A stretch of 64,000 nucleotides of DNA from a bacterium (lineage in GTDB: Bacteria; Krumholzibacteriota; Krumholzibacteriia; G020349025). The stretch covers positions 1-64,000 of the forward strand of contig JANLSU010000018.1 of NCBI GenBank assembly GCA_031362565.1, read 5' to 3'. A program made the position numbers and the translations under genes. This document shows, piece after piece, positions 19,577 to 29,814 of this stretch. Each line of letters starts with the position of its first letter. Position 1 is the stretch's first letter. The notes under the pieces are model-generated. The model saw only the letters and a program-made list of their open reading frames with translations, made no database searches and was not told where the DNA came from.

Positions 19577-22246
19577 TCACTTCGGCATCCGTTGGGTCCA
19601 GTTGGCAATCACGGTAAGCGGCTTGCCGACGTCGCCGTCGGCGGGGCGCCGGGCGATGAAACGCTGGCCGTCGGGTGAGACGTCGAAGTCTTCCATCGGG
19701 TGGCGGAACACCTCGCGGGGCGATGAGAAGCGCGGCACTGGACCGGGCTCGACTGTGACGGACATGACGCGGTCGGGCCGGGCGAGGAAGAACAGTTCAC
19801 GGGCGTCGGCACGCCAATGCGGCAGGCGGCCGCCCTCGCTCGAGACTTGCCACTTGCCCTGTTCACCGTCCAACGACTGCACGAAGACTTCCCAGCGGCC
19901 CGACTGCTCGGAGGAGTACGCGAGCAAGTGATTGTCGGGCGACAGGGTTCCGTCTTCGTCCAAGAACGGTGTCGAGACGAGCGGCGCGATGGCCTTCGTC
20001 ACCAGATCGAAGCGGAAGAGATCCTGGCTCGATTCGCCGCCGACTCCTCCGACCACGAGCCAGCGACCGTCGGCGGACGCATCCAGCGGCCACATGCCAT
20101 TGTCCGTGGTTCCCATCTCCACGGCCGAGCCGGCACCGTCGGACGACCGGCGAAAGACGACGCCGTCGTTGCGGCGATCGTTCGCGTAGTAGATGTAGCG
20201 ATCATCGCGCGACCACACCGGGAAGCTCTCGCCGCCATCTTCGAACGTCAGGCGGCTTGCCGCACCCCGAACGAGGTCCTGGACCCAAAGGTCCGTGGCT
20301 CCCTGCCCCGGGCTGTTCACCGCGAAGGCCAGGCGTTTGCCGTCGTGCGACAGCGCGAACTCGCTGAACAGCTCGCGGTCACGAATCACTTGCATGCCGA
20401 CGCCGTTCCGGTCGAACCATGCGAGCGACGAGAACGTGCCGCGGCTGCCCTCTCGATAGACGAGCGTGCCTTGCGTCGAGACGCTGGCCAAAGCTTGCTC
20501 GTTTTGGGTGTACGCGACGGGTGCCGCGATCGACACCGGATCGCCGGCAACCTTGAGGCCGCCCGGATCGAAGCGCACGGCGACCAGTGCGCCGTCGCGC
20601 CAGAAGAGAATTTGGCCGCTCGGTGCGAAGAGCGGCGAGGAGTTTGCCGTGATGAGCCGCGTACGCTTCCCGGTCGCGACTTCGAGCGCTTCGATCGCGC
20701 TCTCGTCGTTGCGTGTGCCACCTTCGGCGGTCTGCGCCAAGAAGAGAATCGTCTTGCCGCCGGGAAGGAACACCGGGAACCGGTGGCTCTTTTCCTTGCG
20801 CGCGATGTCGAGTTTCGTGAGATCCGTGGGCGTCCCGCCACTCGCGGACACGATCGAGAGGCCGGTGCGAAAAGCGCCGGTAAAAATGATCCGACCGTCA
20901 GTGCCCCACGCGCCACCGCGCGGCGTGGGTGCGTCGCAGATGGCTTGCGCAGTCCCGGCTTGCAAATCGAGCCGCTCGAGCTTGCCCTCGGCGAAGAACC
21001 CGAGTTGGGACCCATCCGGAGACCAGAATGGCATCTCGCCACCCTCGGTCGGCGCGAGCCGCGTCGCCGCGCCGCGGTCGAGTGAACGCAACCAGAGGGC
21101 CCGCGCACCGGTTGTCTGGTCGTAGGCTTCGAAGACGATGCGCTGTCCGTCGGGGGACACGGCGAATGTGTCACCAAACCCCGTGCCGTCCGGCGCGACG
21201 AATGCGGCTTCGAGGACACGCGACGGCGCTGCGCTGTGACGCGCGCCGCGCCACAGCGATGCGAAGCCAACCGCTGCAACCACGCCAGCCGCGGCAACAA
21301 TCCAAGCGAGCTTCGACGGCTTCCGTGTACCCGAGATCGTCGCGACTCGTGCGGCGGCGTTCTGTTCGTCCCGATGTGGATCCGCCAGAACCTCTTCGAT
21401 CACGATGCGAGCATCGCCCATGGCCTGCAAGCGTTCACGCGGCTTCTTGCGCAGACAGCGACGCACGAGATTCACGATCCGCTCGGGAGTCCCGGCGGGA
21501 AGCGCTGTGAAATCGGGCGCGTCCTTGAGAACCGACGCCAGCACGTGTGACGTCGTCTCGCCCTCGAAAAGCCTCTGGCCGGTCAACATCTCGTAGAAGA
21601 CGACGCCAAAGGCCCAGATGTCGGCGCGCCGGTCGACGGCGCCGCCCACGGCCTGTTCGGGCGCCATGTAAGCCGCCGTGCCGAGGATGGTCCCCATCTG
21701 CGTCGCACGGTGCGTCAGAGTCGGTGAATTGAGGACCTGGGACTCGGTCGGGTTGGCGCCACTCGGATCCAGCGCCTTCGCCAAGCCGAAGTCGAGGACT
21801 TTGACCTTGTGATCCGGCGTCAATTTGATGTTCGCGGGCTTCAGATCGCGGTGGACGATGCCCCTTTCGTGAGCCTCCTCGAGCGCCTCGGCGATCTGGC
21901 GCGCGATGGACAGGCTGTCCTCGAGCGGCAACGCGCCTTGCGCCAGACGCTCGGACAGCGTGTATCCCTCGACGAGTTCCATGACGAGGTAGTCGGTCTC
22001 GCCCTCGCGCCCGACGTCGAAGAGCGTGCAGATGTGCGGATGGTTGAGCGACGAGACGGCGCGCGCCTCACGCTCGAATCGCGCCCGCAAGTCGGGGTTC
22101 GAGGACAACTGCGCCGGTAGCACCTTGACTGCGACCTCGCGGCCGAGCCGCGTGTCGCGGGCGCGATAGACCTCGCCCATGCCGCCCGCGCCGAGCGGCG
22201 AGACGATCTCATAGGGGCCGAGGCGGCGGCCGGAGGGGAGGGTCAT
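19577..22246 (-). CDS. Hanks-type Ser/Thr protein kinase with TM and TolB/PD40 beta-propeller
   Basis: [25 protein letters not shown]; repeated SPDG motifs. Confidence 0.93.
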   Translation of the reverse strand: MTLPSGRRLGPYEIVSPLGAGGMGEVYRARDTRLGREVAVKVLPAQLSSNPDLRARFEREARAVSSLNHPHICTLFDVGREGETDYLVMELVEGYTLSERLAQGALPLEDSLSIARQIAEALEEAHERGIVHRDLKPANIKLTPDHKVKVLDFGLAKALDPSGANPTESQVLNSPTLTHRATQMGTILGTAAYMAPEQAVGGAVDRRADIWAFGVVFYEMLTGQRLFEGETTSHVLASVLKDAPDFTALPAGTPERIVNLVRRCLRKKPRERLQAMGDARIVIEEVLADPHRDEQNAAARVATISGTRKPSKLAWIVAAAGVVAAVGFASLWRGARHSAAPSRVLEAAFVAPDGTGFGDTFAVSPDGQRIVFEAYDQTTGARALWLRSLDRGAATRLAPTEGGEMPFWSPDGSQLGFFAEGKLERLDLQAGTAQAICDAPTPRGGAWGTDGRIIFTGAFRTGLSIVSASGGTPTDLTKLDIARKEKSHRFPVFLPGGKTILFLAQTAEGGTRNDESAIEALEVATGKRTRLITANSSPLFAPSGQILFWRDGALVAVRFDPGGLKVAGDPVSIAAPVAYTQNEQALASVSTQGTLVYREGSRGTFSSLAWFDRNGVGMQVIRDRELFSEFALSHDGKRLAFAVNSPGQGATDLWVQDLVRGAASRLTFEDGGESFPVWSRDDRYIYYANDRRNDGVVFRRSSDGAGSAVEMGTTDNGMWPLDASADGRWLVVGGVGGESSQDLFRFDLVTKAIAPLVSTPFLDEDGTLSPDNHLLAYSSEQSGRWEVFVQSLDGEQGKWQVSSEGGRLPHWRADARELFFLARPDRVMSVTVEPGPVPRFSSPREVFRHPMEDFDVSPDGQRFIARRPADGDVGKPLTVIANWTQRMPK

Positions 22247-22367
22247 CGCATTCCTTTGGTGAGCGCCACCGAAGCCATAGCCAGCGGAGAGAGTAATGCC
22301 TGGGGATCGATACGGCCAACGCGGAATCGTCGCACCCGGCGGCGGGTTGTTCGATCGCGGGTGTCGC

Positions 22368-22502
22368 GGGCTCGAAACACAGCGGACCTCCGCGCGTCGC
22401 CGCGCTTCAGCCCTTCTTGGCCTTCGCCGCTTGCCGGCGCCTTCGTGGCCATCCTCGGCTCCTTCGGCGCTGCCGGAACCGACGGCTTATGCCCCAGTTC
22501 CA
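22368..22502 (-). repeat. Remnant of DUF4340 3' end, spacer and DJ-1 start codons (copy A)
   Basis: Matches about 30475-30611 and 24898-25032; encodes ELGHKPSVPAAPKEPRMATKAP versus native ELEPGYKPPAPAAPKPPKMAAKAP. Confidence 0.9.
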
Positions 22503-22729
22503 CGGTCAGAACTGCTTGCTCATTGAGCGCAGCCCCAAGCCATCGCCGACGCCCTCAACCGCGACTTGGACCGGCGTGCCCTGGCCACAGCCGCGGCCGA
22601 ACGAGCTGGAGCGATGTGGCGGACCGCCTCGTGCAAATCTTCGCGACTGTGACCGGCGAAAACGCACCGCGGCGGGCGACGGCGCCGGATGCGCTGCTGC
22701 CGGCGTCTCTTGTAGCACCTGCTTGAGCT
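22500..22729 (+). pseudogene. GT4 3'-end fragment, copy 2 (frameshifted)
   Basis: Ends RTSWSDVADRLVQIFATVTGENAPRRATAPDALLPASLVAPA*, nearly the native GT4 C-terminus. Confidence 0.9.
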
Positions 22730-22735
22730 GGTAAC

Positions 22736-24280
22736 CTACCGAACCACGACAGTGCGGGCGGTTGCAATCATGCGACCGGTGGCATTCTCGACCCGGAACA
22801 CGTAGCAACCGGCGCGGAGCGAGTGCACCGGCAAACCAATGGCTCCGCCCGCGCCAGGAGCGATGTTCTGCCGGAGTACCAAGCGGCCCCCGACGTCAAA
22901 CACAGAGACCGCGGACGCCGGGCCCGATGTCGTGCGGTCGGGCAGGCGAAGCATTGCCTGTGAGCGGCACGGAGTCGGCTCTACGGTGGCGACGAACGGC
23001 CGTACCGGTCCAAGCGTTGCATCGGTGGGAGAAGTCGCCGGTCGTTCCAAGACAAGGGTGTTACCGAAGTTGGTGTTGCCATCAAACGTCCAATACAGCT
23101 CGTCCCGACCGTTCTTGTTGACATCATAGTGAGTCAGGAGGGTGTGCGATGCGTTCGGGTTTGGATCAGCAATCACGTCCGCCAGCACCCACTGCCCAGG
23201 AGCAACCGCCCTCTCCACGAGAAGCTGCCGGTAGACCAGCCAAGCATACTCAGGATTGCCCACGCCGTCCGTATTCGCGATGCAGTTCGACGACGCGCCG
23301 CTTGCACTCGTGCAAACCCGTATGCTACCCACCCGCGAAAACGTATTGTCGCTCGTCGCCTCGTACACCCTCGTGAGGTATCCGCAGGAGCTGTCACCCG
23401 CAACGAACAATTCAGGCTTGCCATTCCCGTCTGTATCGAAACCACCTGCGACGGCGTACGCATTGATCATCCCAGTCGTATCCGTAAATGTTTCCTGCCA
23501 GACGTCGTTCGCTGGCGACTCGAAAATATGCAGATAGCCGTTGGTACCGCAAAAGGCGATCTCCAGGAGGCCATCCTGATCCAGGTCGGCGATCACTTTC
23601 GCACCACTCTCTTGACTGCCGCTGGTCAGAGTATTGAGTTTCAGAGCGAAGGTATTGTCGCCGGTACTCTCAAAAATTAACAGGCGTGACGAACCCGAGT
23701 TTCGCGAGTGGAGGATCTCAAGGTTTCCGTCGCGGTCGGTGTCGCCCACGGTCGAATACCCGATGATATTCGGCATGGGGCCAGACTGCCACACGAGAGA
23801 CGTTGGGTACTCCCCGGGGCTCAGTGATTCGTACATGCGAAGCACCCCCCCGTACTGCCCGATGACATCGGCTTTGCCGTCATGGTCAATGTCGCCAACC
23901 GCATATGGGGTCATCTCCGGACCAGAAAACGATTGATTGAAAGTACCATTGTTCTTGTCGTATTCCAGGATTCGATATGTGAAGGTGTCGCTCGTACTGA
24001 CACCTCCGCTCGCTTCGGGACTTCCATCGTGATTCGCGTCGCCAAACAGCGGCGGGATATAATAGAAAGCGAGCGTTTGGGCGATAACTTGAAACGAATC
24101 CGGTCCGGAGCTCGCTCGGAGGTCAACCTGCAACGGGCGTGCGTCCGCCGCCGTTTCAAGGGCGACACCGCGTCCAATCTCCGGACGAATCATTCGGACC
24201 GGCCGGATTGCACCCGCTTCACCCCAGGCAAGGCTCGGGGCCACGAGCACAGCCAATAGAAAAGCCAGCGCAGCGTGCAT
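22736..24280 (-). CDS. Secreted FG-GAP/VCBS-repeat protein with C-terminal sorting-like domain (paralog 1)
   Basis: Signal peptide; GDIDHDGKAD, GDTDRDGNLEI, ADLDQDGLLEI, DTDGNGKPEL, DVNKNGRDEL; C-terminal VFDVGGRLV...AGCYV. Confidence 0.85.
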   Translation of the reverse strand: MHAALAFLLAVLVAPSLAWGEAGAIRPVRMIRPEIGRGVALETAADARPLQVDLRASSGPDSFQVIAQTLAFYYIPPLFGDANHDGSPEASGGVSTSDTFTYRILEYDKNNGTFNQSFSGPEMTPYAVGDIDHDGKADVIGQYGGVLRMYESLSPGEYPTSLVWQSGPMPNIIGYSTVGDTDRDGNLEILHSRNSGSSRLLIFESTGDNTFALKLNTLTSGSQESGAKVIADLDQDGLLEIAFCGTNGYLHIFESPANDVWQETFTDTTGMINAYAVAGGFDTDGNGKPELFVAGDSSCGYLTRVYEATSDNTFSRVGSIRVCTSASGASSNCIANTDGVGNPEYAWLVYRQLLVERAVAPGQWVLADVIADPNPNASHTLLTHYDVNKNGRDELYWTFDGNTNFGNTLVLERPATSPTDATLGPVRPFVATVEPTPCRSQAMLRLPDRTTSGPASAVSVFDVGGRLVLRQNIAPGAGGAIGLPVHSLRAGCYVFRVENATGRMIATARTVVVR

Positions 24281-24378
24281 CGAGGAGCCTCCCGAGGATA
24301 CCCCTCCAGCATAGCCCTTCGCGCTTGAGGGCGCATCGTGAGTCCGGCGGGAGCCGTTCGAGGCGTGAAAAATTCGCG

Positions 24379-24910
24379 CTAGGCGAGCGTGTCTTCGCGG
24401 AGGGCCTGTGCGGGCGCCGGGCCTTGTAACGCGTCGACGAGCGTCAGCGCGAATTCCAGTGCGGTGCCGGGGCCGCGGCTGGTGATGATGTTGCCGTCGC
24501 GGACGACGCGGGCTTGCGAATAGACGGCGCCGCCGCTCCGCACTTCGGCTTCGACGCCGGGGAAACTCGTCGCGGCGCGGTCGTCGAGCAGGCCGTGGGC
24601 GGCGACAGCGCGCGGCGCGGCGCAGATGGCGGCGAGCAGGCGGCCGGCGTGGGCTTGCGATTTCAGCATCGAGCCGAGGGCGGCACTGGCGGCGAGATTC
24701 GTGTTGCCCGGCTCACCGCCGGGCAACACGATCAGATCAAACGAAGCCGACCGCACCGCGTCGAGCGCGGCTTCCGCCTGCACCCTGATGCCATGCGCGC
24801 CCTCAACCGGCCCGGCGCCTTCGAGCCCGGCGATCACGACCACGACATCGAATCCCGGCGCGCCGTAAGACGTCGATGAGGGCTGCGAGCGGCACGAGGG
24901 CTCGAAAAAC
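24379..24910 (-). pseudogene. DJ-1/PfpI pseudogene (duplicate of 29936-30487)
   Basis: Body highly similar to the intact copy. Start GTG changed to GTT, the FEEIEAVT-coding segment is deleted, and there is a frameshift near 24850-24870. Confidence 0.88.
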
Positions 24911-25032
24911 AGCAGACCTCCGCGGCGTCGCCGCGCTTCAGCTCTTCTTGGCCTTTGCGCTTTGCCCGGTGCCTTGGTGGCCATCCTCGGCTCCTTCGGC
25001 GCTGTCGGAGCCGACGGCTTATACCCCACCCA
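24911..25032 (-). repeat. DUF4340 3' end remnant and spacer (copy B)
   Basis: Encodes GYKPSAPTAPKEPRMATKAPGKA; matches 30488-30611. Confidence 0.9.
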
Positions 25033-25261
25033 CGGTCAGAACGGCTTGCTCATTGAGCGCAGCCCCGGAGCCATCGCCGACGCCCTCACCCGCGACTGGG
25101 ACCGCCGCGCCCTGGCTGCAGCCGCGGCCCGGACGAGCTGGAGCGATGTCGCGGACCGCCTCGTGCAGATCTTCGCGACCGTGACCGGCGAAAACGCGCC
25201 GCGGCGCGCGACGGCATCGGATGCGCAGCAACCCGTGTCTCTTGTAGCACCTGCCTGAGCG
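25030..25261 (+). pseudogene. GT4 3'-end fragment, copy 3 (frame still open)
   Basis: HGQNGLLIERSPGAIADALTRDWDRRALAAAAARTSWSDVADRLVQIFATVTGENAP...SLVAPA*. Confidence 0.9.
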
Positions 25262-25267
25262 AGTAAC

Positions 25268-26755
25268 TTACCGAACCACGACAGTGCGGGCGGTTGCAAT
25301 CATGCGACCGGTGGCACTCTCGACCCGGACAACGTAGCAACCGGCGCGGAGCGAGTGCACCGGCAAACCAATGGCTCCGCCGGCTCCGGGAGCGATGTTC
25401 TGCCGGAGAACCAAGCGGCCCCCAACGTCAAAAACGGAGAGTGCTGACACCCGGCCCAACGTCGTGCTGCTGGGGAGGCGAAGCGTTGCTTGCGCGCGGC
25501 ACGGCGTCGGCTGCACCGTAGCGACGAACGACTGCAGCGGACGCCACGGCGAGTCTGTGGGACTGGTGGCGGGGCGCTCCAAGACAAGAGTATTTTCGAA
25601 GGGCACGTTCACCTGGGGGACCCAATACAACTCATCCCGACCGTTCTTGTTCACGTCGAAGGAGGTCAAGAGAGTATGCGATCCGTTATCGGTTATTACG
25701 TCAGAAAGGATCCACTGCCCAGGTGCCACCGCTTTGTAAACTTGAAGGTGCCGGTCAATGACGCAAACATATTCGGGGTAGCCCACACCATCCGTATTCG
25801 CAACGCAGTTCGCAATGGCCAAAGGCCCAAACCGCGCCACTCGCACAAACGAGTTGTTGCCGTTCGACTCATAGACGATCGTGCCGAGGTTTCCGGCAAC
25901 GAAGAGTTCAGGCTTGCCGTTGCCATCCGTATCGAAACCACCCGTCGCGGCGTAAGCGTTGAAATTGCCGGTCGACTCCGTGAACGTCTCCTGCCAAACG
26001 TCGTTCGTGGGAGACTCGAAGACATGCACATAGCCTCTGCCGCCACAGAATGCGATCTCCTGAAGGCCGTCCTGGTCGAAATCAGCAATCACCTTGGTGC
26101 CGGTTTCCTGTTGACCGCTCGTCAGAACGTTCAATTTCAAGGCGAAGGCGTTGTCGCCCGTGTTTTCAAAAATCACCAGTCGAGACGAGCCTGAATTTCG
26201 CGAGTGGATGATCTCGAGGTTACCGTCGCGATCCGTATCGCCCACAGCGTCATACCCGATGGTGTTGGTCATGAACGGCGATTGCCAGACGAGAGTTGCT
26301 GGGTACTCCGTCGGGCTGAGCGACTCGTACATGAAAAGCTGGAAGCCGTATTGGCCGATGACATCAGATTTCCCGTCGTGGTCGATGTCCCCAACGGCGT
26401 ATGGATCCATATACGTGCCCGTGAACGCCTCGTGGAAGCCGCCATCCTCCTTGCTGTACTCCAGGATTCGATAAGAGATCCCGCTGCTCGAATTAACGTG
26501 GCCGCTCAGCTCGGGACTTCCGTCGTGATTCGAATCGCCAAACAGAGGCGGGATGTCAAGAAAGGCCAGCGTTTGCGTGATGACTTGAAACGAATCCGGC
26601 CCAGCGGAAGAGAATCGAGCACCAACTCCGCCTGAACCCGCCTTTGGAACGGGCGGGAGTTCAAAAATCCGAACCGGGCGGACAGCCCCCCCCTCGCCCC
26701 AGGCAAGACTCGGCGCCACAAGCAGGGCGAACAAAACAACCCACGCGGTGCGCAT
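25268..26755 (-). CDS. Secreted FG-GAP/VCBS-repeat protein (paralog 2)
   Basis: Collinear with 22736-24280; GGAGG RBS before ATG 26755. Confidence 0.85.
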   Translation of the reverse strand: MRTAWVVLFALLVAPSLAWGEGGAVRPVRIFELPPVPKAGSGGVGARFSSAGPDSFQVITQTLAFLDIPPLFGDSNHDGSPELSGHVNSSSGISYRILEYSKEDGGFHEAFTGTYMDPYAVGDIDHDGKSDVIGQYGFQLFMYESLSPTEYPATLVWQSPFMTNTIGYDAVGDTDRDGNLEIIHSRNSGSSRLVIFENTGDNAFALKLNVLTSGQQETGTKVIADFDQDGLQEIAFCGGRGYVHVFESPTNDVWQETFTESTGNFNAYAATGGFDTDGNGKPELFVAGNLGTIVYESNGNNSFVRVARFGPLAIANCVANTDGVGYPEYVCVIDRHLQVYKAVAPGQWILSDVITDNGSHTLLTSFDVNKNGRDELYWVPQVNVPFENTLVLERPATSPTDSPWRPLQSFVATVQPTPCRAQATLRLPSSTTLGRVSALSVFDVGGRLVLRQNIAPGAGGAIGLPVHSLRAGCYVVRVESATGRMIATARTVVVR

Positions 26756-26919
26756 CTTACGCCTCCAGGAGCCGTGCGTTCCTAGCATAGCCCCTCGGGA
26801 TCGAGGTTACAATCGGCGGAGCCTGGCACATCCTGCCGAAGAGCGTTGCCCATTGCGTCCGAATCGCAGGATCACTGCGGTTCTGTTCGGAGTACGCCGG
26901 GCGTTCGAACCACAATCAG

Positions 26920-27768
26920 TCACTCTCGCAGCACAACCCTCTGGTTCAGGGCGACGGAACCTGCACTGAGTCGGACGAAGTAGATGCCGGCGCTGACGCG
27001 GCTCCCGGAGTTGCTTCGGCCGTCCCAGGCATGACTGAAGGCTCCGGCCTCGAACGTCCTGTGCGCTAGGTCCCTCACCACCCGCCCCGTCACATCGTAT
27101 ATGCGGAGCGTCACGGGTCCCGAAGTTGCGAGCTCAAAATCAAGAGTGACAGACGAGGAAGCGCCCTGCCGTACCGTGAGAAACGTTTGCCGCGGACGTA
27201 CGGGTTGCTCCGACGAGGGCATGTTGCTCGCCTTCGACTGCCCCCCCGTCGCGCTCGTCGTTAGGCTGATTGCGAAATCAGATGCCAGCGGGACAAGCTC
27301 GCCACTGCTGCCACATGCGACGTAGCTTCCATTCGGCGAGTCGATGTCATCGGCTCCGAGCGCGGGGCCCTGTCCAAGGCCCTGTTTGCCCGTCCCTGCC
27401 GGCGAGCAAACGCCAACGCGGTAGGTACCCGCTTCCGAAGCGACGACTGGCGACGGCCAAGTGACGGTAACCACTCCACCGGACGCTTCCCGAACGTTGG
27501 CAACTGAGGCGACGGTAGTGCCGTCCCACAAGCTGTTCTCACCTCCGCGAACAAGGACTACGACAGGAAACACCGTCGCAGGATCGTTGTTGACGAACTG
27601 CGCCCCCAGGATGGTTGTCCCCGCCGCAACGGGAAAGGCCTTCACGAAGAGCGCGACGCCATCGGATGGGACGAGCCCTACCATGCGATCAACGGCGGCC
27701 CCGGTATTCGCCCAAAAGCTGCAAGCTCCCAAGGCGACAGCCAGCGAGTTCAGTAGTCGGGTTTTCAT
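26920..27768 (-). CDS. Secreted protein with C-terminal FlgD Ig-like domain
   Basis: Signal peptide; IYDVTGRVVRDL...WDGRSNSGSRVSAGIYFVRL. Confidence 0.8.
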   Translation of the reverse strand: MKTRLLNSLAVALGACSFWANTGAAVDRMVGLVPSDGVALFVKAFPVAAGTTILGAQFVNNDPATVFPVVVLVRGGENSLWDGTTVASVANVREASGGVVTVTWPSPVVASEAGTYRVGVCSPAGTGKQGLGQGPALGADDIDSPNGSYVACGSSGELVPLASDFAISLTTSATGGQSKASNMPSSEQPVRPRQTFLTVRQGASSSVTLDFELATSGPVTLRIYDVTGRVVRDLAHRTFEAGAFSHAWDGRSNSGSRVSAGIYFVRLSAGSVALNQRVVLRE

Positions 27769-27793
27769 CAGCACCACCTTTTTCTTGGCCTTT

Positions 27794-29572
27794 TCAATCA
27801 ACACAGGTCAGAACCCTGAAGGTCTTGGATTGATTCGCCATTTGCGGAGGGGAGTATCCAGCACGAGTGCTCATCACGGTGTAGGTCCAGTAGCCAGACT
27901 CGCAGGTGCATGTCGTGGAGACGGAGTGACTCGTTGTCGCGCTGGAAGGTGTGGCGGTTGGCTTGTAGTTAACATTGCTCGGCGAGATCAACGCGACGCT
28001 GTCCTCGCCATCGGACCAGAGATTCGTCGACCAGGAGGCAGTAAGGTTGAGCACCATGCCTGCGTCGACCGAGTGCGAAGTTGATATAGACGATTGCACG
28101 ATACCATAGAGCTGGATGGGTGACGTGTACGCCTTCATCTGAGTGCTGTCTTGCCGGCTGTCGGCCCACACCGGGTACGCGACGCCGTCTCCGGCGGCAA
28201 CCGCAATGTAGTCGCCCGCGCTTCCGGGGGCGCTACCAGGTGGCCGGTCACCGGTCCACGACGCGTCGCTCACTTTGAGTTCGTTGAAGGTCGAGCCCCG
28301 GTCGTACGAAACCGCAAGGTACATCTCTGCCCTTGTCGAGATGTTGCGGCTATCGAAGTACGCGACGACCAGGGCTTTCATGCCGTTGTCCCAAGCAATG
28401 GCGGGCAGCCATTGATCCGCAGTTCCCGCGTCCTGGTTCACTCGTTTGGGAGCCGATCCCAACGCCGTCCAGTCTCCTCCCCCATTTGTTGATTTCTTGA
28501 GGTAGACGTCAGCATCGGTGCCGGTCAAACTTCTCTGACCCCAGGCAATGTAGATGTTCGCCTGATCATCGACCGCCAACTGCGGCGCAGAACTCGCTCC
28601 CATATTCTTCCCCGAGAGTTCCTCTCGACTCCCGTAGCCCTTGCCGCTTCCCAGGTTGTAGACTGCTGTCGGTGGATCCGCGAGAATTGGCGACCAAGTG
28701 ACGCCTGCATTGACCGGCGATTTGCGGAAGAAAATCGAGCTTGTCGGTCCCGTAAGGCCATCGTGGGTCTGCGGCCAAGCCGCGTACACGGCCCCCAGGT
28801 CGCTGGGGCTGATCCCGACCGTCAGAACCACGCCCCACTCGCCATAACCCCTCTCGCCCGGGGGCTCTCCGCCCTCGTCGATGCGCTGGTCGCCACCCCA
28901 GGAAACTCCGTTGTCTGTTGAACGCTTGAAGTGCAGTTCGTGGGAGTCGAGGTCTGACCATACGGAATATAGATTTCCTGCGTTGGATCCGGTGCTATTG
29001 TCCGCCCAGAGGAAACCCTTGTCGGTATGCGCGCTCTTCCCCAGATTGTCGGTGATGATGCTTTGGCCGGACCAGGTAGTCGACGTTCTGCTGTCCTTGA
29101 AGACGGCCTGTTGTCCAAGAGCGAGAAGGTCATTGTCCGGTGTGCAGCCTGACTGAGGTGGCGTGGCACATGGATAGTTGGGATCGCTCTCGGGCAGAGT
29201 GAGGCTTTGAACAAAGTAGCGAATCGCCCCGGAGCTGCTTCTGCATATCACCACGCTCGGGTCGCCTTTGCCGCCGTGGGGTGGTTGGTTATTGCCGTGC
29301 CAATGGTGCCCGCCGTCCTGTGACACCCATCCCGCGGCGGCGCCTGCGCCTACGAGCACATTGAGGCCCATGAGCACGATCCGGGAGTTGGTCGGGTGAA
29401 CGAAGGCCGAGGTCTCGAAGCCGAGCGCTTCAATCACCGTGTTGGTCGTCGCCGTGGTCGAGTCTCGAACTAGAACGTCCGGTGAATCAACAAGCACCAC
29501 TGCTCTGGAGGGCGAACTCCAGAGGCCGCACGCGAGTGCAGCCGCAAGCAACGGAAAGCGCGCCTTGCTCAT
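27794..29572 (-). CDS. Secreted BNR/Asp-box (sialidase-like) beta-propeller protein
   Basis: Asp-boxes SQDGGHHW, STDNGVSW, STNGGGDW, SYDRGSTF; DQW.P, GDY, WADSR. Confidence 0.8.
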   Translation of the reverse strand: MSKARFPLLAAALACGLWSSPSRAVVLVDSPDVLVRDSTTATTNTVIEALGFETSAFVHPTNSRIVLMGLNVLVGAGAAAGWVSQDGGHHWHGNNQPPHGGKGDPSVVICRSSSGAIRYFVQSLTLPESDPNYPCATPPQSGCTPDNDLLALGQQAVFKDSRTSTTWSGQSIITDNLGKSAHTDKGFLWADNSTGSNAGNLYSVWSDLDSHELHFKRSTDNGVSWGGDQRIDEGGEPPGERGYGEWGVVLTVGISPSDLGAVYAAWPQTHDGLTGPTSSIFFRKSPVNAGVTWSPILADPPTAVYNLGSGKGYGSREELSGKNMGASSAPQLAVDDQANIYIAWGQRSLTGTDADVYLKKSTNGGGDWTALGSAPKRVNQDAGTADQWLPAIAWDNGMKALVVAYFDSRNISTRAEMYLAVSYDRGSTFNELKVSDASWTGDRPPGSAPGSAGDYIAVAAGDGVAYPVWADSRQDSTQMKAYTSPIQLYGIVQSSISTSHSVDAGMVLNLTASWSTNLWSDGEDSVALISPSNVNYKPTATPSSATTSHSVSTTCTCESGYWTYTVMSTRAGYSPPQMANQSKTFRVLTCVD

Positions 29573-29802
29573 CTTTCCACCAGTCCTTTCCGAAAGATTG
29601 TTCAGTTCGTTGTTTCACTGCCTCCGGTGCTCAAACGACTTCGGCGAATTCGACTTGAACGATCAGCGAGCTGGCTACGATGCACGAACTCGCGCAGGCC
29701 ATCCATGCGAGGTCGGACTCACCGCACCGTGCCGCAATTGCCCAAGGCACGCCGGTGAATGCGAGAATCGCAATGGCTCGAATCCAGATAGACCCAACCA
29801 TA

Positions 29803-29814
29803 CCCCCCCCCCCC
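29803..29814 (-). repeat. G12 homopolymer (C12 on plus strand)
   Basis: Directly visible; longest homopolymer I found in the window. Confidence 0.9.

Noticed and set aside
26686..26693. G8 tract near the 5' end of FG-GAP paralog 2
   Set aside because: Short, in frame (Glu-Gly-Gly-Ala) and expected at this GC content.
22500..26755. Repeats as a diversity-generating retroelement (TR/VR)
   Set aside because: No reverse transcriptase; differences are mostly synonymous third-position changes, not adenine-specific.
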